Part shown: positions 27,990-39,621 of the stretch, piece after piece
Numbering within the stretch: the stretch's first letter is position 1
Layout of the letters: each line of letters begins with the position of its first letter
Source of the DNA: Paragordius varius
Lineage: Eukaryota; Animalia; Nematomorpha
Assembly (NCBI GenBank): GCA_964247055.1
Contig: OZ176054.1
Coordinates: 7,502,001-7,566,000, forward strand
DNA length: 64,000 nt
Reading direction: 5' to 3'
Position numbers and translations under genes: made by a program
Notes under the pieces: model-generated
The model's input: the letters and a program-made list of their open reading frames with translations, nothing else
The model's database searches: none
Told to the model about the DNA's origin: nothing

Positions 27990-28800
27990 TTAGGGAAAAA
28001 TTGTTTATTTTCAACATTTTTATTTTACGTTCCTATTGGATAAAATTGAGACTGTAAGGCGGTTAGAACATAAATGAATGTGATTGGAATAGTCTTGGCG
28101 TAATATGGGATAATCGTCCACAAAACTATAAAATCATCCTGGATGACTTTGTTGGCATCTGCAAAAATCTTCTGAAAAAGCACCATTATAACTTCCCATT
28201 TCTAATATTTTACCACACCTATAAATAAAAAAAAATGAAATACCGATCATTTAAGTTACTTTCTGGTATTTAGAAAGATTATAAACAACTGATTTTTCCG
28301 ATAATGGTTATCTATAACCTTGTTTTAGAATTTACATCGAATCCGCATTCGTCAACATAATAAAATAAATCCTCTTTTTCTTATACATCTTTTGCATACA
28401 CATATACTTTTTCCATGATAAGATCGAGATACCATTTATAGCTTCAGGATAACCTCTTTTACGTGTTTTTACACAATTGCATAATGTAGCTCATGACCCG
28501 TAGGTGTTAATAAAATCTTATCCATAAATCATATATTATTATTTCTAATGATATTCCTGACGATATGTTGTAATTCAAAATTTTCTGTTTCTATCCTGTT
28601 TAGTGATGACCATTTTATGTCCCCGGATTAATTTTTGCCCCAATTTGTTAATCATAGATTATGACTTATTTGCCCCTTTACAACTATCTACTTGGTTTTT
28701 ATTGTGCAGCGGAAAAAGTCGGATGGCTTTTTCCATTTTGCTTTTAGTGATATAATGTTCTGATGTATAAATCTGATGTAGTTGGCAAATTTTCTCTTTA
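27990..28800 (-). pseudogene. Degenerate IS630/Tc1-superfamily (DDE_3-like) transposase
   Basis: The minus strand gives FYYVDECGFDVN (first catalytic D), GVV...GSYNGAF, VDD.P and F*PPYS-QFYPI (PPYSP.FNPIE-like), broken by stops and frameshifts. Confidence 0.7.
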
Positions 28801-28899
28801 AAAAAACTGACACATAAAAAATTACAAAATATATTCGTCCTTAAATAGATGCCAACATATGTATGGCTTGAACTTTTAAATTACATCTTGTCTAATGGG

Positions 28900-29140
28900 A
28901 TTATCAAGAAAGAACATCTTCTTCATAAATACATAGATGGATTTTTATCTTGCGAATGCGGATTCAATGTATAAATTCAAAAAGTGGTTATGGATAAGGC
29001 TAGAAAACAGAGTCGTTAAAAAACGTCTTAAATCCCAGAACGCTTCATTATGTGTGATTGGTATCGGTATTTAATTTTATATTAGGTGTGGTAGGGAGAA
29101 AATGGAAAGTTTTGATATTGTTAGAATGCTATGAAAATCG
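28900..29140 (+). pseudogene. Second, oppositely oriented fragment of the same IS630/Tc1-like transposase
   Basis: GAATGCGGATTCAATGT...ATCGGTATTT...TAGGTGTGGTA...ATGGAAAGTT is homologous to the reverse complement of 28190-28360. Confidence 0.65.
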
Positions 29141-29299
29141 GGTTCCCATATAATAAAATTATTAAATCAAATAAAAGAGCCGTGTACCGATAAAATTTCA
29201 TAATTATTTGACACATTTGCTGATAATTATGCTCAAAATAAATATCTGCAAATATTTAATAAATATATCAGGACCATAAAAAACAGTTAAAGGGCCGCG

Positions 29300-29641
29300 T
29301 TTTTTTGTATCGCTGTATTAGATTGTTGTTTTTAGATGATTTTTGTCCAGGTTAAAATAATTTTTGCAAAAAACATATAAATAACAAAAATCTATTTGAC
29401 TAGGCTCTAGTTGATCACATATGCATTTGTTATTTTTTTATTGGAGATATGTATAAATAGCAGGGACATCTTCTCCAGACATGTAATATTTATGTAAATT
29501 AAAAATACCATCCAGATTAAATAATAATATATTTTTATATAAATTACTCGCATAGATAATTTGCTTATTCGTATAAACGCCATGAATAATGTAGGAAATA
29601 AAAAATTTATAAAAAATCAAATTTTCGCCCAATGTCATCAT
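29300..29641 (-). pseudogene. Possible MULE transposase remnant
   Basis: TLGENLIFY...QIIYASN...LDGIFNL...GEDVPAIYTYL resembles the MULE DGTF / P.VYALL region. The similarity is weak and the sequence is degenerate. Confidence 0.3.
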
Positions 29642-30771
29642 CAGGATTTGTTAAAAAATAAACTTAAAATAATGTAAAACAAAAAATTAAATTGAGATCA
29701 AATGTAAGACAAATTAATAATTTTTAAATTGATACATTTTATACATATTATTCACGACCTTTATTTCGTCGTTACCCCCACATAATCTATACATTAATTA
29801 TGTTTTAATAATCCCATTCCTTGGTATATTATACATATATTTGGCCAATAATGTTATTTTTTTAAAGATCCTATAATATGATTTATATATCAATCGAGAT
29901 TAATGTAAAAATGTTAAGGTAGAAGAAACATTTCCTAAATATTTTTATTTGTCCCAAATATATAGTTTTGCTATTGTGCGGTTCAATACCATACCCGATA
30001 TCTCAATTTGGCCATGAAACCGATATCACAGATCTTAATCAAGGATCTAAACCCCTGCCTGCAGTATTTTTAAATGGTGGAACTATATTGGTTAAAGCAA
30101 AGCGCAACGCCGACAATTTTTTCTCACAATACAAATCAATGTTTTCCTCTTTTCAAGGATCTCGAAGCCGCTTAAAACATTCGGTAGATTTAATAAAAAC
30201 TTTTGGAAAGACGTGTTTCTAAAACTATTATATCTTGCATTAAAATATATTAAAATCATAATATAAAGTATAAATAATATGGTTTTTTAGTACTCTAATA
30301 TTTTTTTATTATGTCTTTCATTTTATGATTTTATCGGTCATGGGTCAATTTTTACTGGCAGGCATCACATGTATTTAGGCCACTGGATTTTGCAAGAGAT
30401 AAAAATACTCTTCTAGTTCCATTTTTTTAATGAAAATAATTTTCCAATTAAATCTTTTTACAAAAATAAGTTATAGCAGCCACGTAATATAATAAAGCCC
30501 TTTCCCATCTTTTCACATTTGAAAATATAAATGCATAAAATGAAAACTGGACTATTTATTTATTTTAAAACCGTTTTGAAACAAAAACGGGTGTAATGAA
30601 AATTGCTATAATTTTTTAACGGAGCAAAGGTTATTTTCTTCAAATTTTTAGTACATTTTATCCTTTAAATATATATGTTATATTCGAAATAAAAATGTAT
30701 GTTAATTTTTCAGTAAAAAGTAGCGCATAACATAAGCTTATGTTTCTTTAATATATATTATATATATTATA

Positions 30772-30913
30772 CCATTTTTCATTTAAAACTTTTTCAACAA
30801 ACGCAACATTTTTTCAACCAGCAACATTTTCTATCCAGCGGAACTTTAAATGTAGCGTTTGGTTGAATAAATGTTGCGTTTTGTTGGAAAAGTGTGGCTT
30901 TTGACGAAAATGG
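30772..30913. mobile_element. Palindromic MITE with TA-CCATTTT ends
   Basis: TACCATTTTTC...CAACAAACGCAACATT / AATGTTGCGTTTTGTTG...GAAAATGGTA. A related half occurs at about 24712-24775. Confidence 0.7.
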
Positions 30914-31560
30914 TATATTATCAGTATTATTAATTATTACTTGGAAACAACACATTCATTTTACTTCTCCAATTCAAATTGGGGTTTTTGGGGACCTCAT
31001 GACAAATTAAAATCATTGCAAAAGTTTCCAGTTATATAACATTGATGCATCGAAATATAAGAAAGATTAATTTACTAATACTTATTTTATTGATAATCCT
31101 CAAATTTAGTTAACATGACATGTGTGCTATATTAGTAAAATATTAAAATAATGGATAAACCACTTTGTCTGTTGATATTAATCCTAGATGTCATTTTAAA
31201 TAATTACATTCAATATTGGCGTTAGGATCAAATAACCACCATATTTTGCAAAAATTTTGTAAAACATAAATGGTGTCGAAGTAGTATGTGAAACATTTCA
31301 AAACTAAATTTTATTTAGATATTTTGCTTTATTTATATAATTTATATTAGGATAAGAGTATAAATTTTAATTATAACCGTTTCTTTAGTTTTTCTAAATA
31401 TCAACTTAAATATATTCTGGCCACCCTAGATACCCTAAATGGAAGTATTAAGTGGACCCGAAATTTTATCTATTTTAAAAGTCTTAGCTATTTTTTTCGA
31501 ATGGGAAGCGTGTCATCTTTAAGAGTTTGAGACAAAAATCACGGTGATTCCGAACCTGAT

Positions 31561-34500
31561 ATGCATTTACTTAATTTTCCAATGTTTTCATATGTTGTAA
31601 AATTTATTTTTAATTTTAGGCTCCGCTTTTCCAAAATGCTGAAACAAATTTATCGGATACCAATACTTGCAGAGATGTCAAACTTCATAAATTGCGTGAG
31701 TTAATGCATAGTCGTAATTTAATCGGTTACATTGTTTCAAATACGGACGAACACCAAGTATTTTAATATATGCTATCTCTTAATTATTTATACAAATTAT
31801 GTACAACTTTTTTCACTCTTCAAAAAGGGATGACAAAAAACTCAGCAAAAAACATATTTATGATTTTAGTATCTAAATATTCCACTTCAGTTAAATTTTT
31901 TATATATTTTTCGCCGTTAGCATTAATTTGTTAGAGTCAAATCGTTTTTTTTCTAAATTGATATTTTTTTAATTTTACACACATTTAGAATGAATATCTA
32001 AATGACGTTGATAAAAGAAGACAATTTATTTCGGGATTTACTGGATCAGCAGGTAAACTGTTCAATTTTTATTTCGATCGCATTCAAGGTTCGTATCTGT
32101 TAAATATGAAAAATAAAAATAAAATATTCAATTATAAAATTCGGCCACCAATTTTTTTAATGCTTATATATGTTTATTTAATTCAAATCAATTTTTTTCC
32201 AAATTTAGCTACTTAACCAGTACAATTGGAATTTTAATCCATAATAATCAAATTGTTTTTAGGTGATATTTTGATCACACATGATAATGCTCTTCTTTGG
32301 ACTGATGGTAGATATCATTTACAGGCGGAACGCGAACTAGATCTCAAATGTTGGATGGTAATGAAATCAGGTACATATTTAAAATCATAAAACCTAATTT
32401 TTTAAGAATTTTTTAGAGATTTTGATAATTAGTAAAAATAATTATGTTACCATGAATTAGTTAAAGCTAAATAGGTAATTCCTTGAAAAAAGTTTAATTT
32501 TTTATTACGTTAAAAAACATCAGGTAAATATGATACTAGTAGGGTTGGGTTTTTGGATAATCGGGTTGGGTATCAAATAATTAGTTTGACCGCTTTTTTA
32601 TTTTCCTAGAATAGTATTAAGGTCACATTCCATGCAACTCATAGTCCGTCAAACCATAATTTAGTATATATTTTGGCTGTATTTAAATATTGAGAGCGGG
32701 TTTGTGGCAAAATGAAATAGTTTTGAAACCATTTTAAATCGACAATAGATTTAAACTTTTTTCGAATACATTTAAGGATATGCCCATGTTCTCAATGTGA
32801 CACAATGGATCAAAGCCAACCTCAACGGTGGAACCAAAATTGGTGTGTTTGCGGATACCATATCCTATGGTAAATTTAAAAATTCTAAAAAATGTCTGAT
32901 TCGTTAACTCTAATCTTTTTCAAAAAATAAAGTGTTGATTAAGGTTGGTATTTATTTAACTTTGTAGAGTATAAATTTTGAGCCATTTATATTAATCGCA
33001 CATTATTATTAATATGGATGAAGATGGTAAAAAGTGTGGGAAGTACGCTATATTAACGATTGTAATTTACGAAATTTCCATACAGTTGATAAATATTTTT
33101 TTTGCTTTATAATTTTATAAAGAATTATATGTCAATTCTTATTTTATTATACCCATATAACTTGCTCGTTATTTACTTCTCACAAGGTAATTTAGCTAAA
33201 TCCCCTATAACACCTAAATCAGAGGTTAAGCCACTATTTCTGTTATTGGCTCGGTTGTTCTGCCACAAATATATAATTATATATCTTTTTAAAAGTAATT
33301 ATTTTTTTCATATACCAATTACAATTCAAATTCATACTAAAACAATTCATATTCACCCTTGAACAATTTAAATTTACTTTAAAAATAAATGATATGTTTT
33401 TGGGTTAATATAACTCATTAATTAATATGAAATAAATTCTTATGGCATAGTTAATTATTTTTTCAGTATTATTCTGATTTTAAACAAAAATTTCTTTTTT
33501 GTAAAAATATAAAAAAAATATAAGTATTGAGCTTAAAAAACCCATATTTATATTAGGGTGAATTTGAATTGTTCAAGAGTGAATTTGAATAGTTCTAGGG
33601 TGAATTTGAACTGTAATGGTTTATTTTGCGGATAACCCGCGTTCGGCTTTCTACAGTTCAAGTGTATGCCATGCATGTTGACATTAATATCATGCTGAAA
33701 TAACTTCCTCTTGATTAATCTTTCGAATCATTGGTTACTTTTTCGAAAAAAACTTCAGTAAAATTTTTTTATTAAAAAATTCCCCTTTTAAAGGTTTGCC
33801 TATTATATTGTTCTATTTCGTCTCTATCATTGTCGTACCCATATATACCATTTGCACTTCAAGAGTGTCCTTGAACATTTCAAGTTGGTCCTTGAACAGT
33901 TCAAGTTGGTCCATGAACATTTCAAGTTGGTCCTTTGACTTTTTTGTTTTGTTTTTAACTTTTATCAATCAAATCGTAAATATTTCATCTATTTTATTGT
34001 TTTTAACCTATTTTCTATTATTTAACATTAATTTTAAATCGATATCAACTTTTAATCTTTGAGAAACCGTATATCTTTATTAATTTCGTGAAATTATTTT
34101 AGATATTCAAAAGATTTTAACATGCAATTAAAAATATGTAAATTTTCGGGGTAATTATTTACAATTTTTTTTGAAAACATTTATAAAAGTTTTTAATTTT
34201 GTCAAATTGGAAAAAAAATAGTTTGAAACCAAAAAGTGGTTTTTAAATAAAATTTTTTATTTTTAAATGGATAAATATATAATAAATTAAGAAAATTAGG
34301 TTAATAAATAATAAAATAAAAAAATAAATGCAAAAATTATGGTTAAATCAAATTTATACATTTTAAGGACCAACTTGAAGTGTTCAAGGACCAACTTGAA
34401 ATGTTCAAGGACCAACTTGAATTGTTCAAGGACCCACTTGAATTGTTCAAGGACCAACTAAAATTGTTCAAGGACCAACTTGAACTGTTCAAGGACCAAT

Positions 34501-37500
34501 TTGAATTGTTCAAGGACCAACTTAAAAAAGTTCAAGGAGACTCTTGAAGTGCAAATGGTATAAATCATGTTTGCTGAATTAACTACAATATGACTTGGCA
34601 TTTTTATCGGCATCTTCTACTACAATCAAAGCTTTCCAAAGAAAGACGTGATGAGCGGTCTAAAGGTGTTCTTTGTTTAACTCATTTTAAAAGTTTTAAC
34701 AATCTATGATTTAGTTTAAAATTATTAATTTAGAAAAATTTTAATCTGATTAAAGTGTATTACGATTCTTATAATTATACCGGTCTTATATTTTGCAGCT
34801 TAGAAAGATAAATATTGAAATATTAACAAAACATTTTTGCCCATAAAAACTAATATTATTTTAAACGGACGACATAAATAATGTGGCAAATACGTATAAT
34901 TTAGAAAGCAATATTTTTTTAATTTGTTTTTTAATTTAAATAATATATAATTTTAAAAGTTTTCAATAATTAATTAATATTTTATGCAGAAAATTACAAA
35001 AAAATTTGGGATGCACTTCATACGACTCACATACCCGCGTTGTTAAACGAGGATTTGGTTGATCAAGTTTGGAATTTTGTGGATATTCATCACAAAAATA
35101 ATGGAGATGCCAAAAGTGCCCCAATCTTTGAGTTACCCCTTAAATTTTCTGGTAAATTTACCTATTAAATTTTTACTAATTGCTTATAAAAAAAATTATT
35201 TAAAAAATATCCAAATTGAAAATTCCCACAACTAAAGGTTGAAATTATACGATAGGTGAATCATGGGAAAGTAAAGTTAAGCGTGTCAGGGATGTTATGC
35301 CTCATAGCCGAACTCATGCCAACATTAGTTTTGGCATGTTAATTTATCAATTGGATGACGTTGCATGTAATTATATTATAATTAAAAACTATTGTTTATC
35401 ATATTAAATCATATAAATCTATATTTTTATAAGTATATAATTTTAAAAATTCATTCAAATAACTCATTATTCCGCATATAAATTATATTTATTATTCTAA
35501 TAAACGAGACAGGGCTCCTAAATTTACGAGGAAACGATATACCGTTCAATCCTGTTTTCTTTGCCTACGTTGGGTTGACCAATACTCATATAAAGTATAA
35601 TCATATTTTAACAAATAGTTTATATATAAACGATGTTAAAGTTCCAGCCGAAATAAGGACTCAATATACGGGCCATTGCCAAAATACCTCTTCAACGTAT
35701 TGCATTAGGGTAAAATTTATGGTTTTTTAAAATTTGATTTTAACGAAATTTATAAGGGATTGGGTTTTGACATTCAAAAAAATTGGTCTGACCGCTAAAG
35801 TCCTTCATGGTCACAATCAGCCATTTTAAATTGAAATATATAATTCAAATCTAAAGATAAAATTGAATCAAATTAAATGTTTTATAAAAAAATTGATAAA
35901 TTTTTAGATATATCGAAGTAAAAACAATTTTTATGCCCAAAAATAATGACTGACTATCTTTCAGAGTGGTCAAATTTCTGAGAAATGCATACCAGTAAGA
36001 CGCAACTCTACTTATTAATATTTATAAAAATGTTTTATCAATAGATTTTACCGTATAGCCAGGCAAATAATTTTTTTACCACAAACGAATTCGATCGCAC
36101 CTATCTGTTGTCGGGAAATAGTATGTGTGTTTACCAATCATTGCTTAATAAATTCAACGATACTCAATTATCAAACGTAATAAATTTTTTGGAAAGTGCC
36201 CCCACCAGATCTCTTAAATTAGTTAAAAATGCAATCGAAATTGAGGGAATGAAAAAAGCACAAGTATATGCAAAAATAGTCGATTCGAATTTAATATATT
36301 GACTTTGTAATACATTATAGATCATAAACAGTAAATGGACTTTTCACCACTTTTTTTTATCTACACATAACCGTTAAATTAATTTGGTTATACTTATTTC
36401 ATTACCATTATAAAAGCATCCTATAATTATCAAGTTTCTTAGCAGGTCTCGAATTATAGTTTATACCGAATAAATAATTTATATCATATAATTTATATTT
36501 ATAGCATCGTGATTCCGCTGCATTGATTGAAGCGATTGCCTATTTAGAAAATCAGGTATTATTAACCCTACAGTGGTTTTTTTCTTATCGGTTTCGTCAA
36601 TATCTTCACAAATGAATATAAACTTTTTTTTAACAATTAGAGAATCACTTATCAAAAAAATTGATTTATATATAATCGATATTTTTATTTATATACCCTA
36701 GTTGGAAAACAATCAAACATTGGATGAAATATCATTCACCACGGTTCTAGAAAAATATCGAAGGTTTTTTCGACTGAATTTTTTCTCCAATTATTTGAAT
36801 TCGAATCAATTAACTTTTTTTAAACAATATTAATACACATATAGCAAACAAGAAAATTATGCTGGTTTAAGTTTTGACCCCATTTCAGCAGTTGGGCCCA
36901 ATGGTGCATACGTGCATTACAAATCTCAACAATCTACCAACAGACCTATCACTAAAACGGAAATGTATCTTTTGGATTCTGGTGCACAATATTTGTAATA
37001 TATTAAGTTATATAAATTACTAAATTGCTTGTTTTTGGAAATTTTTATAAATAGAATTTGTCTAGTGGGTATGAAATATTTAATATGTAACGTAATGATC
37101 AGGCTTTAACTACCAATAGAAATTTAATATATTCCCACCAATGTTACTCTAAAGTTTAATGAATTTTTTTATATTCTTTGTTAGAATGTCCGTAAAACTT
37201 TATTTTATTAAATAGTAATAGGTTAAAACCTGTCTTAAAGAAAAATCGAAAATTATATGAACCATTAACTTATTTTTATCCATAAATGAAAAAGAAATAT
37301 ACATTATGAATTTTATACGAGTTCCTTAAAAATAAAAATATTTTAGGGACGGGACGACTGATGTTACACGAACTTTTCATTTTGGCACACCAAGACCCAT
37401 TGAACAAGTATAATTCAAACGTTATATACGTTGATTTTATAGGAAGTTTACACCAGAGTATTGATGGCTGCTATAGATTTGGCTAAAACTAAATTCCCCT

Positions 37501-39354
37501 ATTACGTTCCAAGTAAAATGTTACATTTTCATTTAATCTCTCTAAGTGTTTGAAGTTGTTACAGTTTGGAATTCATGGAATTGATTGTTAAATTTCCCAC
37601 AAATATTTATAAAATATTGAAATATATATACAACTTACGATTGAAATTCAAGTGTGCAGTTGGCTATAAACATAAATCTATTTTACATTTAATGACCAAA
37701 CTATACCCTAAATATAAGGTTCCTATTTAAAAATTCCAAAATTATTCTATTTTAATACGAAAAAAGAAAATATAAAGTTATTTTAATATTTAAGCGCGTT
37801 CGCTTGATGCCATTACGAGAGCCTCGCTTTGGCAATTAGGGATGGATTATAGGCATGGGACAGGTCATGGGATCGGTGCATATCTTAATGTCCATGAAGG
37901 TTTCCATATTATTTAATTAAATTACTGTTCCCTTAGGAAATCTTTTTTATTCTAGATTATTTGGCTTTAAATTAATTCAAGGATATATAGTGTTTCAAAG
38001 CAAATTTGAGTTATCAATAAATGAATATTTTTAAAGTTTTACAACCTACTAAATTTAAATCTATTTTGATTAAATTTAATTTTTTTTAATTTTTATACAG
38101 GCATACCTCTGAGTGTCACTACACCCAAAGATTTTTACTTAAAACATGGCATGTTTTTATCTGATGGTTATATATTTTATATATTTATTCTCAATAACAT
38201 TAAGCACTTTGTCCTAGTTTACCTTTTGGGGTAGCCCAGAGCTCAATTTTGTAAAGAAACTACTGTTTTGAAAGTTATTTTAGTTAAAAATTAATTATCA
38301 AACATTGTTCTTATTTATTTAATAAAAACTTATATTTTTACAGTTTTGTAATATTTGGAGTCTGAAAGTGGGACAACTCTAAAACAACGAACAGCTGATA
38401 TTAATATTATAATATATCAAGTTTTTGCTGTTAAAATATAGCCTTAAAGCTTCTTTATTTTTTTACAATTTTACATTTTTTTTAATAAAAATATTTTGTA
38501 TAATGCGTCTAAAAGGCTAAAGAAAGCATATTTTTACATTCGGATTAATACTTAAAATACTTTTGATTTTCAAATCACTCTGGGATATAAAACTACCCCA
38601 AAAGGTAGTTGAGGAGTGTTCATTTAATCTCTATATATTTTTGTAAGAACCTGGATACTATAAATCTAATGATTTTGGCGTCCGGCTCGAAACAATTGTT
38701 ATGGTCAAAAATGTTACAACAAAGGTGAAAATATTACAATTCTTTTTTGTTTCTAAAAGCAAATGAATTTTATAAATTCTAATTTTAAATCAAAATTAAC
38801 TTTTTTTTTTTTCGAAAATAGTATGGCGGTCCATATGATGGCCAATATCTTGGATTTGATGCCGCTACATTAGTTCCTTTTGAGCCACGACTAATTTTAT
38901 ATAACCTTTTGAACTGTGATCAAGTATATATTAATTTAATAACCTTTATTTTTTGATAAACATGGTAAAAAATATCTAATTTTGATAAATAGTATTAAAT
39001 CTTTTTTTGCAATTCGCTTAAAATTATTTGCATAAAAAGAGCCATACAATCGATTATAAGATTTCCTACTAATTATATATTATAAAAGCCATATTTATTG
39101 GCTAAAAGCAAAAAGTAAATGGATAAGCAAATAATATTACTCTTTTCTGTTAATTCCATCTGGTAATGTATAAAAAAACTAACAATATATTTTTTTATTA
39201 CACGGTAAATTAGTTAAAATGGCTTGAACGATACAATGAAGATGTGATACAGTATGTCAAGCCCATTATAGCTATGCAAAGAGATGAAAAAGCCTTGAAA
39301 TGGTTAGAGGATAGAACTCAACCAATTGCTCAACTTCAAAAATGTCCCAATTGA
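31561..39354 (+). CDS. XPNPEP2: Xaa-Pro aminopeptidase (aminopeptidase P) paralog B, extracellular XPNPEP2-like, catalytic residues intact
   Basis: About 20 exons. Motifs [110 protein letters not shown]; stop at 39352-39354. The start codon at 31561 is tentative; coding sequence is secure from 31620. Confidence 0.92.
33315..33619. mobile_element. Foldback-type MITE with 21-bp subterminal repeats (GGGTGAATTTGAATTGTTCAA), intronic
   Basis: Inverted ends TACCAATTACAATTCAAATTCA / TGAATTTGAACTGTAATGG. Homologous to 52647-53333. Confidence 0.7.
33848..34558. mobile_element. Foldback-type MITE with 21-bp tandem repeats (AAGGACCAACTTGAAATGTTC), intronic
   Basis: TIR TA-CCATTTGCACTTCAAGAG...CTCTTGAAGTGCAAATGG-TA, with about 4 units on the left arm and about 8 inverted units on the right arm. 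Confidence 0.85.
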
Positions 39355-39621
39355 TTATATGAATTATTAATTTTATAATTATTATCACAAAAATATTTAT
39401 TCACGTAATAATTATATTCATGTACATATCAAACATTATTGGAGACACATATTTAATTTGTAAACCATCACTCTCATATATAATGATAAAGCTTTCACAG
39501 TAGAGTATATAAAGTTGCTATGTATATAACATGAAAATAAATTTTGCCTAAAAATCTTTGAGTTTTGCTATATAATAAGTTTTATACGGATTGCGATTAA
39601 TAATTATTATAACAATACATA

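Noticed and set aside
33848-34558. 21-bp repeats as a CRISPR array
   Set aside because: Units are contiguous with no unique spacers, arranged as inverted arms inside a eukaryotic intron, and there are no cas genes.
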